Below, in pieces: positions 1-7,297 of a stretch of DNA of 32,000 nucleotides. The notes beneath the pieces are model-generated. The model searched no databases. It was not told the DNA's origin and saw nothing but the letters and a program-made list of their open reading frames with translations. Numbering within the stretch: the first letter of the stretch is position 1; each line of letters opens with the position of its first letter. The position numbers and the translations under genes are program-made. The stretch covers positions 930,001 to 962,000 of the forward strand of contig NC_009033.1 in the NCBI RefSeq assembly GCF_000015945.1. The letters run 5' to 3'. This DNA comes from Staphylothermus marinus F1 (GTDB lineage Archaea > Thermoproteota > Thermoprotei_A > Sulfolobales > Desulfurococcaceae).

Positions 1-911
1 CCAGCAACCATTCCTTCAGCTACAGCCATTCCAAAATGTTCATATTTCATAGTATGCAATAATACACGTGAATGTATTAATAATTCTAATAGTTCTCTAC
101 GAGAAGCATTAGGGACTAGTGTCAAGTTTGATAAGTTATGTTTATGTTTTAAAGCAAGTATTTTTAGGAAATAAGATTTATTCCTTGGATTACTAACGCT
201 TCCAACAATAATGAATCTTAAGTTTCTTAATCTCTTAGCAATCTCAACAATAAACTCATAGTTTTTCTCTGGCGAAAACCTACCTATTGAAACTATATTA
301 TAGGGTTCACTACCTTTTTTCTCAAAATATGCTTTTCCAAAAAACTCAACATCGATAGGTGGATATACTACTTGAGCGTCTATGTTAAGCTTGAGCTTGA
401 TGACTGCTCTGCTAAAACTAGAATTACATAAAACAATTGAGTTCTCAAAGCTTGGGATTAGATGTCTTCTTAAAAGATCATATCCTGCAAGATATATTTT
501 GTTAACTAATGAGCTAATACTTCCATGTTTATAAGGGTAGAATTCTTCGGCTATAAAACCTGGGAAATGCATATATACTATATCGGTAGCTATGGGTAAT
601 GCGTCTCCATGAGTATTAATAACAATATTGAATCCCCGCTTGATCTTTAACTCCATGATTTTAGAAGCTATTAAACGAGTATAAATTGTAAATTTCCTTA
701 TATGGAATGGGAGCAAGTAATAGTATTCATGAGGTAAAGTTTCAGATTCTATATTGAAAACCTTGATTAATTGTTTCCAATTAGTAGGCTCCACCGTAAA
801 TAGTTTCACATAATAGTTCATTTTCTTCAACGATTCGATAATAGCTAAAGATACCTTCTCCGCACCACCTAAACCGCTTAGACTAGTATGTATAACCAAT
901 GCTTTCCTCAT
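1..911 (-). CDS. Glycosyltransferase, GT4/GT-B type (C-terminal end runs off the left window edge)
   Basis: My own minus-strand translation starts at ATG 911..909: MRKALVIHTSLSGLGGAEKVSLAII...GRFSPEKNYEFIVEIAKRL...MKYEHFGMAVAEGMVAG. The frame stays open to position 1. The glycine-rich N-terminal loop and the EHFGxAxxEGM motif are typical of GT4 enzymes. It is absent from the ORF track because no stop lies inside the window. Confidence 0.8.
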   Translation of the reverse strand, partial: MRKALVIHTSLSGLGGAEKVSLAIIESLKKMNYYVKLFTVEPTNWKQLIKVFNIESETLPHEYYYLLPFHIRKFTIYTRLIASKIMELKIKRGFNIVINTHGDALPIATDIVYMHFPGFIAEEFYPYKHGSISSLVNKIYLAGYDLLRRHLIPSFENSIVLCNSSFSRAVIKLKLNIDAQVVYPPIDVEFFGKAYFEKKGSEPYNIVSIGRFSPEKNYEFIVEIAKRLRNLRFIIVGSVSNPRNKSYFLKILALKHKHNLSNLTLVPNASRRELLELLIHSRVLLHTMKYEHFGMAVAEGMVA

Positions 912-914
912 ACT

Positions 915-1940
915 TCACAACTCGTTGAGTCTATTTATTATCCTCTTCAATTTTTCTATGCTATTCCTAGATAATGTCTTCATCTTATCTTTTAGAGCAA
1001 CTATTTTTCTCTGCAGGTAAAATATACACTCATCATTATTCAAACATGTATCTAATAGTTTTCTAAGAGAGCCTTCCTTGTAGGTATAATATAGCGTGCT
1101 ACCACCTAGAATCTTACCCAGTGTACGTGTATAACTTGTAATAAACGGTTTCTCGAGCGCTATAGATTCCCATATACTTGAAAGCATTGTATATTCTCTA
1201 GTAGTCCCTGTAATTACCAGTTTTGAATGTTTTAAGATCCAGTAGTATTCTTCGCTTCCTATGTAGCCTGTTAAAACTATTTTATCACTGCTTCCTCTCC
1301 TAATTTTTTCAGCTAATTTCTTTCTTCTATTATAATTACCTGTTAACAATAACTTATAGGTTCTACTAGTGGTTGAAGACAGGAATTCCCTAACGATAAA
1401 TTCTAGGTTTTCATCAGGATCCCATGCTGCTGGGAAAACTATGTATTTTAATGGCTCGACATCTATGTTAGTAGGTTTTTTAAGATTTTCAGGAATTTGA
1501 GGGAAGGGATCGTATACAGTAATCACTCTACCCGGATCTAATCCTTTATATTTAATTAAATATTCTCGGAAAGGCTCATTATGTGCTATAACTAGTTCAC
1601 AGTATTTGAGAAAATTATGAAATGGTTTATTAAGGATAAGGCTTTTCCAAGAATCATATATGGAGAATCCTGTATGAACATCTGCTATGATACTATAGTG
1701 ATGTTTTTTCTTGTATATAAATGAACTAAATAACAACGGCCCCTGAGGCAATTGGAGAATTATTGTTTTAGGTCGAAATTCTAACAAGAATTTTTTGGTT
1801 TTAAAATATGCTTTTAAATATGGGGGTCTATCAGGTATAAATAATAAGTAAGAGTTAAGCTCCCTAGATAACTCAATAGTTCTTCTACCAATCCTGCCCC
1901 AAGCTAAAAACATTGTTTTCACTTTGTTTCTGCCCCTCAC
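915..1940 (-). CDS. Putative glycosyltransferase (GT-B-like), likely in an operon with the downstream GT4 gene
   Basis: This is the 341-aa track ORF. Its stop lies 3 nt before the ATG of the next GT gene. The C-terminal half (KLLLTGNY...VLTGYIGSEEYYWILKHSKLVITGT...ESIALEKPFI) resembles a GT-B C-terminal domain. The true start may be the internal MFLAWGRIGRR. Confidence 0.5.
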   Translation of the reverse strand: MRGRNKVKTMFLAWGRIGRRTIELSRELNSYLLFIPDRPPYLKAYFKTKKFLLEFRPKTIILQLPQGPLLFSSFIYKKKHHYSIIADVHTGFSIYDSWKSLILNKPFHNFLKYCELVIAHNEPFREYLIKYKGLDPGRVITVYDPFPQIPENLKKPTNIDVEPLKYIVFPAAWDPDENLEFIVREFLSSTTSRTYKLLLTGNYNRRKKLAEKIRRGSSDKIVLTGYIGSEEYYWILKHSKLVITGTTREYTMLSSIWESIALEKPFITSYTRTLGKILGGSTLYYTYKEGSLRKLLDTCLNNDECIFYLQRKIVALKDKMKTLSRNSIEKLKRIINRLNEL

Positions 1941-2152
1941 AATTGATTCGAGAATATAAGATGTGTTTCAAATAGTTAAAAATATCTTCAAGAACATGGT
2001 CTTCATTTTCTAAAATCTGATAGTCAATATACTATGATAGAACTATAATAGAGATTAGGAACTTATAATTCCCCAGCAATGATTTCGTTTATATGTCTCT
2101 ATTAGAGCATAGTGTTAAGTAAATAAAAAACATTGATGGATGTGTTTGAGAA

Positions 2153-2776
2153 TTGAGCCGGGGGATTCGAAGAGATAAGTTCTTGTTGGAGCTGGCTAGG
2201 AGAAGAAAAAGTATTAGGAGATTTAAAGCTGGAGTAGAGATTCCTTTAGCTCGTGTACTTGAAGCAATTGAGGTTGCTCTTGAAGCCCCTTCGGGAATGA
2301 ATTGTCAGCCTTGGCAATTTATAGTTGTGAGTGATAGAGAATTAAAGCATAGAATTAGAATTGCTTGTGAAGAAGCTGAGAAGAAGCTTCATGGGAACGT
2401 GAGAGGTGAATTCAAGAAATGGCTTGAGCAGAGAAATATAACTTGGGAAAAACCGTTTTTGGAGGATGCGACTTATCTAATAATTGTGTATGCTGATAAA
2501 CATTGTCCATATACAATTCAATCAACGTGGCTAGCAATAGGATACCTATTACTGGCTCTAGAGGAAAACGGTCTTGCATCATTAACATATACTCCCCCCG
2601 ACGCTGAGAAAGTGAATAGTTTACTAAAGGTTCCTAAGAGATATAAGTTAGAAACCATAATACCAGTAGGGTATCCCTTAGAGGAGAAAATAAAAGAACC
2701 CAGAGAACCCCTCATTAATAAGGTATACTTGAATAAATGGGGTAAACGAATAATTTTGAAAACTATGAATACTTGA
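2153..2776 (+). CDS. Nitroreductase family protein
   Basis: The 207-aa ORF contains RRSIRRFK...PSGMNCQPWQFIVV..., the classic FMN nitroreductase N-terminal signature. It has a TTG start, so the start position is uncertain. Confidence 0.8.
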   Translation: MSRGIRRDKFLLELARRRKSIRRFKAGVEIPLARVLEAIEVALEAPSGMNCQPWQFIVVSDRELKHRIRIACEEAEKKLHGNVRGEFKKWLEQRNITWEKPFLEDATYLIIVYADKHCPYTIQSTWLAIGYLLLALEENGLASLTYTPPDAEKVNSLLKVPKRYKLETIIPVGYPLEEKIKEPREPLINKVYLNKWGKRIILKTMNT

Positions 2777-2918
2777 ATTTATAATATAACATTCTTAAAC
2801 CATTAATACCTAAATAAATTATGCCCATCCATCTATTCTACATGGGAAACTATTAATGAATACGGCAAAAATATATAACAGGGTCCTGTATTGATTCATT
2901 ATATGAAGACTTAAGGGT

Positions 2919-3035
<117 letters not shown>

Positions 3036-3059
3036 TATATTTTCTAGACTTATATTTTT

Positions 3060-3842
3060 GTGAATACATTATTTCATAATTGCTTGGTTGTTTGGATGGT
3101 GGTTTTCATGGTTTCTGCAGAGGTTTTAAATGGTTATGGTGTTTTAGGCATTGATAAAGAATATATTGTTGGCAAATACTTGTTGTCTTTGGAGAAGATT
3201 AGAGATGAAATTATAGTTTATCGTAGATCTATTAATAATAATGTTTTAGTTGAGCAAAAAATCATAGGTTTTGACAAGGTTTTAATTACTCCATTCTATC
3301 CTGTCCTACTACCTCGTAAAATAACTAGTTTTGTCCTCGTAGACTTCTCGGAGAAAATAAGGCTTGCCCCCAACTCATATACTGAAATCTACATATATAT
3401 ACCCGTTGATATCGCAGTATATGTTTATCGAGATACGAATTTTGACATAATAGATGTTATTGAGGGGGCTGATCCAAAATATGCATTATATGGATCAACT
3501 AGTATGGGTGTTATAGCTAGATATAGTGTTTCAAAAACATATGTATCTGAACCAGAACCTGTTTTTGGAAAAGCAGTTTCACTACTCAAAATACATAATA
3601 CATTGGATGAATGGGTATTATTCACACAGATCCTCCTAGATTCAAATAATCTATCAATATATTACCGGGAGAAATCATGGAAAGCTTATACTCAAGAAAT
3701 AAATGTAACCATAAACTCTAAAACAACTGCTTCAATAAAATATGGTAGATCTTTTAGGAAAGGTCTTAGAAGAATAGATGATCCAAAAGATTTTAAGCCT
3801 CCCCGTATAAGTCCTGGAACCGAAATGTTGTGGGGGATATGA
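3060..3842 (+). CDS. Hypothetical protein (conserved-looking, no family recognised)
   Basis: This is the 260-aa track ORF with a GTG start. Alternative ATG starts lie at 3096 and 3108. Its stop lies directly before the mscS-like gene. Confidence 0.5.
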   Translation: MNTLFHNCLVVWMVVFMVSAEVLNGYGVLGIDKEYIVGKYLLSLEKIRDEIIVYRRSINNNVLVEQKIIGFDKVLITPFYPVLLPRKITSFVLVDFSEKIRLAPNSYTEIYIYIPVDIAVYVYRDTNFDIIDVIEGADPKYALYGSTSMGVIARYSVSKTYVSEPEPVFGKAVSLLKIHNTLDEWVLFTQILLDSNNLSIYYREKSWKAYTQEINVTINSKTTASIKYGRSFRKGLRRIDDPKDFKPPRISPGTEMLWGI

Positions 3843-3843
3843 G

Positions 3844-4725
3844 TTGAGTGAACAATTAAATATTACATCTGGCTTCACGTGGTTGGAGACAATTAATTGG
3901 CTAGGAATATTGTCTGCAACAATAATATTGGTTATAGGCTTATTCATATCAATAATTACCAAGAAGATAATATATAGGGTATCAATAAGATTCATGCCTC
4001 AAACAATAGCTTATAATCTCGCGAGAATAATCTATTATACACTAGTAATTATATTTGCAATATCAGCACTAAGCATCTTAGGAATAAACCTTACAGGGCT
4101 AATAATAGCTGGTGGATTCCTAGGCATAATACTCGGCTTCGCACTACAAAGCATAACGGCAAACCTAGTATCAGGAATATTCCTCTACTGGGAGAGACCA
4201 TTGAAACCAGGTGATTTCGTAGATATTAATGGACAACTAGGGATTGTTGAGGATATATCGATAATGTCCACTAAGATCCGGGGTTTAGACGGTGTATTAA
4301 TAAGGATACCGAATAATGAAGTATTCAACTCAGTCATTAAAAACATTGGAGCAACACCTGCTAGAAGACTAGAATTCATTGTAGGAATAGCTTATAGTGA
4401 AGATGCTGAGAAAGCATACCAGATCATCAGGAATGAATTATCTAAACACCCATTCATACTAGCCAAGCCGGAGCCAGATGTTTATGTTGAAGAATTAGGG
4501 GATAGTAGTGTGAATATAAGGGTTAGAATGTGGGTTCCAAGCAGTGAATGGTATAATGTGAAGAAGGAAATTATTTGGAGAATTAAGAAAGCAATAACAG
4601 AGGCAGGAATAGAGATTCCGTTCCCACAAAACGATGTATGGTTTAGGTCGCCGTTGAAAATAATTGTTAAAAAAGAAGATAGTGGTTATAAAAATATTGT
4701 GAATGATGAGAAAAAGAATAGTTAA
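3844..4725 (+). CDS. mscS: Small-conductance mechanosensitive channel, MscS family
   Basis: The 293-aa ORF has three N-terminal TM helices. These are followed by GFALQSITANLVSGIFLYWERPLKPGDFVDINGQLGIVEDISIMSTKIRGLDGVLIRIPNNEVFN, the MscS pore-helix/beta-domain signature. Confidence 0.9.
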   Translation: MSEQLNITSGFTWLETINWLGILSATIILVIGLFISIITKKIIYRVSIRFMPQTIAYNLARIIYYTLVIIFAISALSILGINLTGLIIAGGFLGIILGFALQSITANLVSGIFLYWERPLKPGDFVDINGQLGIVEDISIMSTKIRGLDGVLIRIPNNEVFNSVIKNIGATPARRLEFIVGIAYSEDAEKAYQIIRNELSKHPFILAKPEPDVYVEELGDSSVNIRVRMWVPSSEWYNVKKEIIWRIKKAITEAGIEIPFPQNDVWFRSPLKIIVKKEDSGYKNIVNDEKKNS

Positions 4726-4748
4726 TATAACCAATTATGATTCATTTA

Positions 4749-5000
4749 CTACTTCTTAATTCTCTCCTCAACAATAACCATTGTACTAGTTGTCCTAATA
4801 TCTGGGAGCTTCCTGATCTTATTGGTTATTACTTCTCTTATCTTCTCGAGGCTTCCAGCCTCGATCTTAACTATTATATCATATATTCCATAAACTATGT
4901 ATGCCTCAGTGATCTCAGGTATTTTGATGAGCTCCTCCATAACACGTGATTCCGCACCAATATCTGTTTGGATAAGGACTATTGCTCCGGCTTTAGCCAA
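4749..5000 (-). CDS. Stand-alone Lrp/AsnC ligand-binding (RAM) domain protein
   Basis: The 83-aa ORF reads AIVLIQTDIGAESRVMEELIKIPEITEAYIVYGIYDIIVKIEAGSLEKIREVITNKIRKLPDIRTTSTMVIV. This is the beta-alpha-beta-beta-alpha-beta pattern of AsnC_trans_reg-only proteins common in archaea. Confidence 0.8.
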   Translation of the reverse strand: MAKAGAIVLIQTDIGAESRVMEELIKIPEITEAYIVYGIYDIIVKIEAGSLEKIREVITNKIRKLPDIRTTSTMVIVEERIKK

Positions 5001-5129
5001 TTAAACCACCTATTCTTCACTGTGTCCAATATATATTTTGGGGGTTTTATGGATTATAATTGTTTAGCTTATAGTATGGTTTATGGGATTGAACAAGTCT
5101 TGGCTCAACGGAGACATTTACCTAGGATA

Positions 5130-5636
5130 ATGATTGTTTATTACCGAGAAGATGATCCTGCTAAGAATACTGCTTTAAAAATGATCCGTAAAAACCTAGC
5201 CATACATATATATCCACGTAGAATACATGGTTCACCAATAATACTCGACCCCTACAGCAACAAGTATTTGGGGCCATGGGATCACATATATGTGGAGAAA
5301 CATGGTATAGTCGTAGTCGATGCTAGCTGGAAAAAATTAGCTCCTAGAAAAACAATTATGATTAGGGGACAACATAGAAAACTCCCACCCCTCCTACCAG
5401 GCAACCCTATAAACTATGGTAAACCATGTATATTATCAAGTATTGAAGCAGTAGCTGCAACACTATATATAACAGGTTTTATTGAAGCATATGAGAAACT
5501 ATTAGGACTATATAAATGGATGAAAACATTTCATACATTAAATAATGAAGTGTTAGAAGCATATCGCAGAACAAGAAATTATAATGAATTATTGGAAACA
5601 ATAAAGGATTATTGGGGAGAAAAACCCCCATGCTAA
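5130..5636 (+). CDS. tsr3: 16S rRNA aminocarboxypropyltransferase Tsr3 (DUF367)
   Basis: The sequence MIVYYREDDPAKNTALKM...VVDASWKKL...RKLPPLLPGNPINYGKPCILSSIEAVAATLYITG matches Tsr3 motifs (DxSW, R-LP-L-AxNPxNYG, EAxAAxLY). The track ORF starts at 4968 but that extension overlaps the divergent Lrp gene. I chose the ATG at 5130. ATGs at 5049 and 5076 are also possible. Confidence 0.85.
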   Translation: MIVYYREDDPAKNTALKMIRKNLAIHIYPRRIHGSPIILDPYSNKYLGPWDHIYVEKHGIVVVDASWKKLAPRKTIMIRGQHRKLPPLLPGNPINYGKPCILSSIEAVAATLYITGFIEAYEKLLGLYKWMKTFHTLNNEVLEAYRRTRNYNELLETIKDYWGEKPPC

Positions 5637-5699
5637 CTATCAATTATCCATTTATAAATATCTAAATAAATAATATATTGATGAAAACACTCATAACAG

Positions 5700-6032
5700 G
5701 TGAGAAAAGCCTTGAACATAGAGGATCTAAGTAAGGAGAAAATAGAGGAAATAATAAATGATTATAAGAAAGGATTACCGGTAAAGGAAATAGTTAAGAA
5801 ACACAACATATACTTAGCTCTCCTCTATGAAATACTTAGAAAATACAACATACCATTAAGGAAAACAGAAAAACAAAAAATGCCAACACATAAGAGGAAA
5901 AAGAAATCAATCATAAAGAAAATAGTGAAAATGTATAGGAGAGGAACAAGCATATACAAGATAAGCAAACAACTAGGATTACCAACATCAACAGTATACT
6001 ATATATTAAAGAGACAAGGACTCAAAAAATAA
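5700..6032 (+). CDS. Small basic DNA-binding protein with two helix-turn-helix motifs
   Basis: The 110-aa ORF has a GTG start. It carries two HTH-like segments (LPVKEIVKKHNIYLALLYEILRK and TSIYKISKQLGLPTSTVYYILKRQG) joined by a lysine-rich linker. Confidence 0.55.
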   Translation: MRKALNIEDLSKEKIEEIINDYKKGLPVKEIVKKHNIYLALLYEILRKYNIPLRKTEKQKMPTHKRKKKSIIKKIVKMYRRGTSIYKISKQLGLPTSTVYYILKRQGLKK

Positions 6033-6040
6033 GAAAATAC

Positions 6041-6404
6041 AATAGAGGGGAGGGGCGGGCCATAACCCGCATTCTGTACAAGCTGCATTAGACTATGCGG
6101 CCCCCAACAGGGGGTTGCGCGGCCACCTCATCCCCCCTAATAATTAGGGGGGCCTTGCACCCCACGGGACCGGCCGTTTCAACGCATCCACCGCCGTCCT
6201 CAACGGGTTGCTGAGCCCCCGTTGCCGGGGGCTCCTCACCGCTTCATCGCCATCCGAGCGGTGGCCGTGTCGTTTCTGTGCCGGAGCCGCGGCTACTCGC
6301 CGCGCCCCGTTTCGGGGCCGTGGAGCCGCGGGGTGTGCGGAGTTTCCTCACCCCCTCTCCTAGAGTAGGGGGCGTGAGCAGCTGACCCGCCCCTCCCCTC
6401 TATT
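6041..6404 (-). ncRNA. rnpB: RNase P RNA (archaeal type A-like)
   Basis: This is a GC-rich block in AT-rich DNA. Read on the minus strand it gives GAGGGGAGGGGCGGGUC...GGUGAGGAAACUCCGCAC (CR-I, compare GAGGAAAGUCC), then ...GGCACAGAAAC..., then ...GGGGUGCAAGGCC..., then ...UGUACAGAAUGCGGGUUAUGGCCCGCCCCUCCCCUC (CR-V, compare ACAGAAnnCGGCUUA). The two ends pair to form a long P1 helix. Confidence 0.85.
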
Positions 6405-6494
6405 ATTCATTAATTTATATAGGACCCGTATAATGGTTTGGTTTATTGTTTCGTAGCTGGGGGGTTGATGGTTGTGTTTTTGTATGTATAGGGT

Positions 6495-6526
6495 GTGAAC
6501 TCCCCAGTTTCACGGTATGGTTTCGA
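6495..6526 (-). repeat. ORB-like element (long form)
   Basis: The plus strand reads gtgaactccccagtttcacggtatggtttcga. Its reverse complement is TCGAAACCATACCGTGAAACTGGGGAGTTCAC. Confidence 0.6.
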
Positions 6527-6558
6527 CTGAACCCACCATACATCTCAACGAATCTGGT

Positions 6559-6577
6559 CCATGGAGAGGGGGGTTTT
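6559..6577 (+). repeat. Short ORB-like element
   Basis: The sequence ccatggagaggggggtttt shares CCAT-GAGAGG...GGGGTT with the long elements but lacks the AACC spacer. Confidence 0.35.
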
Positions 6578-6605
6578 GGCGGGGTTGTTTTCTATGGAAA
6601 AATGA

Positions 6606-6634
6606 GAACTCCCCGGTTCCTCTCTATGGCTTCG
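6606..6634 (-). repeat. ORB-like element (long form)
   Basis: The plus strand reads gaactccccggttcctctctatggcttcg. Its reverse complement CGAAGCCATAGAGAGGAACCGGGGAGTTC is near-identical to the top-strand copy at 7004-7031. Confidence 0.6.
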
Positions 6635-6645
6635 CCTCGAAGAGG

Positions 6646-6669
6646 CCTTTATAAACCCCTTTATAAACC
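6646..6669. repeat. Perfect tandem 12-mer (CCTTTATAAACC x2), each unit containing the palindrome TTTATAAA
   Basis: I read this directly from the sequence: cctttataaacc cctttataaacc. Confidence 0.8.
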
Positions 6670-6673
6670 CCCT

Positions 6674-6693
6674 CTCCCCCCTGTTTCATATGG
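6674..6693 (-). repeat. ORB-like element abutting the left edge of the AT-rich core
   Basis: The plus strand reads ctcccccctgtttcatatgg. Its reverse complement is CCATATGAAACAGGGGGGAG. Confidence 0.55.
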
Positions 6694-6696
6694 AAC

Positions 6697-6855
6697 AACT
6701 AGAAAGCAGTATTATTAATTATTTATTATCGATAACATATACTTGTTTGTATAATGAGATCAATGTATTTAAACCATAAAAATAAAAAATCCTTTCATAA
6801 ATACAGATTTATTTTACTAATCAAATATTTTCTCAAATAAACCAATTATGCTTTC
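6697..6855. other. AT-rich core (candidate duplex unwinding element)
   Basis: By hand count there are 28 G/C in the 150 nt of 6701-6850, about 81% A+T. The stretch contains A/T tracts such as aaaataaaaaat and atttattttac. Confidence 0.6.
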
Positions 6856-6875
6856 TCCACAGGAAATTAAGGGGT
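6856..6875 (+). repeat. ORB element closest to the canonical archaeal consensus, abutting the right edge of the AT-rich core
   Basis: The sequence is TCCACAGGAAATTAAGGGGT. As I recall them, the Aeropyrum ORB is CTCCACAGGAAACGGAGGGGT and the Sulfolobus/Pyrococcus ORB is TCCAGTGGAAACGAAA...GGGGT. Confidence 0.6.
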
Positions 6876-6947
6876 GAGGGTTTCTATATTGAAACATGAT
6901 CTTATGAAGGGGGCTTGTCCGGTCTTCTATTGATATGTTCTATTTGG

Positions 6948-6975
6948 GAACCGGGGGGTTAGCCTCTATGGTTTC
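6948..6975. repeat. Composite of two ORB half-sites in divergent orientation
   Basis: The sequence gaaccggggggtt is the 3' half of a top-strand ORB. It is followed by gcctctatggtttcg, the 5' half in bottom-strand orientation. The second half forms an imperfect inverted repeat with 7004-7019. Confidence 0.5.
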
Positions 6976-7003
6976 GCCTCGACGAGCCCCTGGATTCTGG
7001 AGT

Positions 7004-7031
7004 CGAAACCATACAGAGGAACCGGGGGGTT
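7004..7031 (+). repeat. ORB-like element (long form)
   Basis: The sequence is CGAAACCATACAGAGGAACCGGGGGGTT. Confidence 0.6.
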
Positions 7032-7090
7032 TCCAATGTAAGATCCTTCCAACCCGTGATCCCCAAGCCCCCTTCCATTTAGTTCTTGCT

Positions 7091-7117
7091 TAACATAGGG
7101 GAAACCGGGGGGTTCAC
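7091..7117 (+). repeat. ORB-like element
   Basis: In taacataggggaaaccggggggttcac, the GAAACCGGGGGGTTCAC part mirrors the reverse complement of 6495-6511. Confidence 0.5.
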
Positions 7118-7207
7118 ATCCAGTCATTAACAACACACTAATTTTCAGCCCCCTCCAAGATATGTGTTCAATTAGGATTTTGTTTGATCGATTTGATCCG
7201 TAGGGGT

Positions 7208-7233
7208 GGAACTCCCCGGTTCTAAATGGTTTT
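7208..7233 (-). repeat. ORB-like element (outlier orientation)
   Basis: The plus strand reads ggaactccccggttctaaatggtttt. Its reverse complement is AAAACCATTTAGAACCGGGGAGTTCC. Confidence 0.45.
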
Positions 7234-7297
7234 ACTAGTCTGAGATTCCAAATCGTTAAATAAAATTTTAGTAGAGAAGGGAGGAGGTAAAAATTGT

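Larger units (their letters stand above)
6495..7233. other. Candidate chromosomal replication origin (oriC): ORB-like repeat arrays flanking an AT-rich unwinding element
   Basis: There is no credible ORF here. G-string repeats lie on the bottom strand left of the AT core and on the top strand right of it, forming an inverted arrangement. See the individual repeat features and the finding. Confidence 0.65.

Noticed and set aside
1941-2152. The divergent intergenic region between the glycosyltransferase and nitroreductase genes, scanned for sRNAs (AUGAUAG, AAUGAUUU and AUGAAGA-like strings).
   Set aside because: No D box (CUGA or xxGA) lies at the correct spacing on either strand. The sequence is AT-rich throughout, consistent with plain bidirectional promoter DNA.
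4700-4775. A C/D-like layout at the 3' end of mscS: AUGAUGA-12 nt-UUAA-11 nt-AUGAUUC-12 nt-UUAA.
   Set aside because: Both would-be D boxes are UUAA and lack the GA needed for a kink-turn. The guides are very AT-rich (GAAAAAGAAUAG), and the region is coding sequence for mscS and the antisense Lrp gene end. It is most likely chance.
4968-5129. N-terminal extension of the Tsr3 ORF given by the track (start at 4968).
   Set aside because: The extension overlaps the start of the divergent Lrp-domain gene and has no similarity to Tsr3, whose conserved N-terminus begins at MIVYYREDDP (5130).
5676-5735. A weak C/D-like pattern upstream of and overlapping the GTG start of the double-HTH gene (UUGAUGA-12-CAGG...GUGAGAA-12-UAGA).
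   Set aside because: The C box has a pyrimidine at the R position and D' lacks GA. C' is poor, there is no closing stem, and the guides are AT-rich. It is much weaker than the six reported candidates.
6041-6404. The possibility that the GC-rich structured RNA is SRP (7S) RNA rather than RNase P RNA.
   Set aside because: The minus-strand reading contains CR-I-like GAGGAAACUCC and CR-V-like ACAGAAUGCGGGUUAU next to the P1 3' strand, which are RNase P hallmarks. I could not find the SRP helix-8 GNAR-loop and symmetric-loop pattern. A covariance-model search is still needed for certainty.
6446-6718. 90-aa track ORF (MFRSWGVDGCVFVCIGCELPSF...).
   Set aside because: It has a TTG start and a low-complexity Gly/Pro-rich composition. 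It is composed entirely of the GC-rich ORB-like repeats and the tandem 12-mer, so its openness is a by-product of stop-poor GC-rich repeats in an AT-rich genome.
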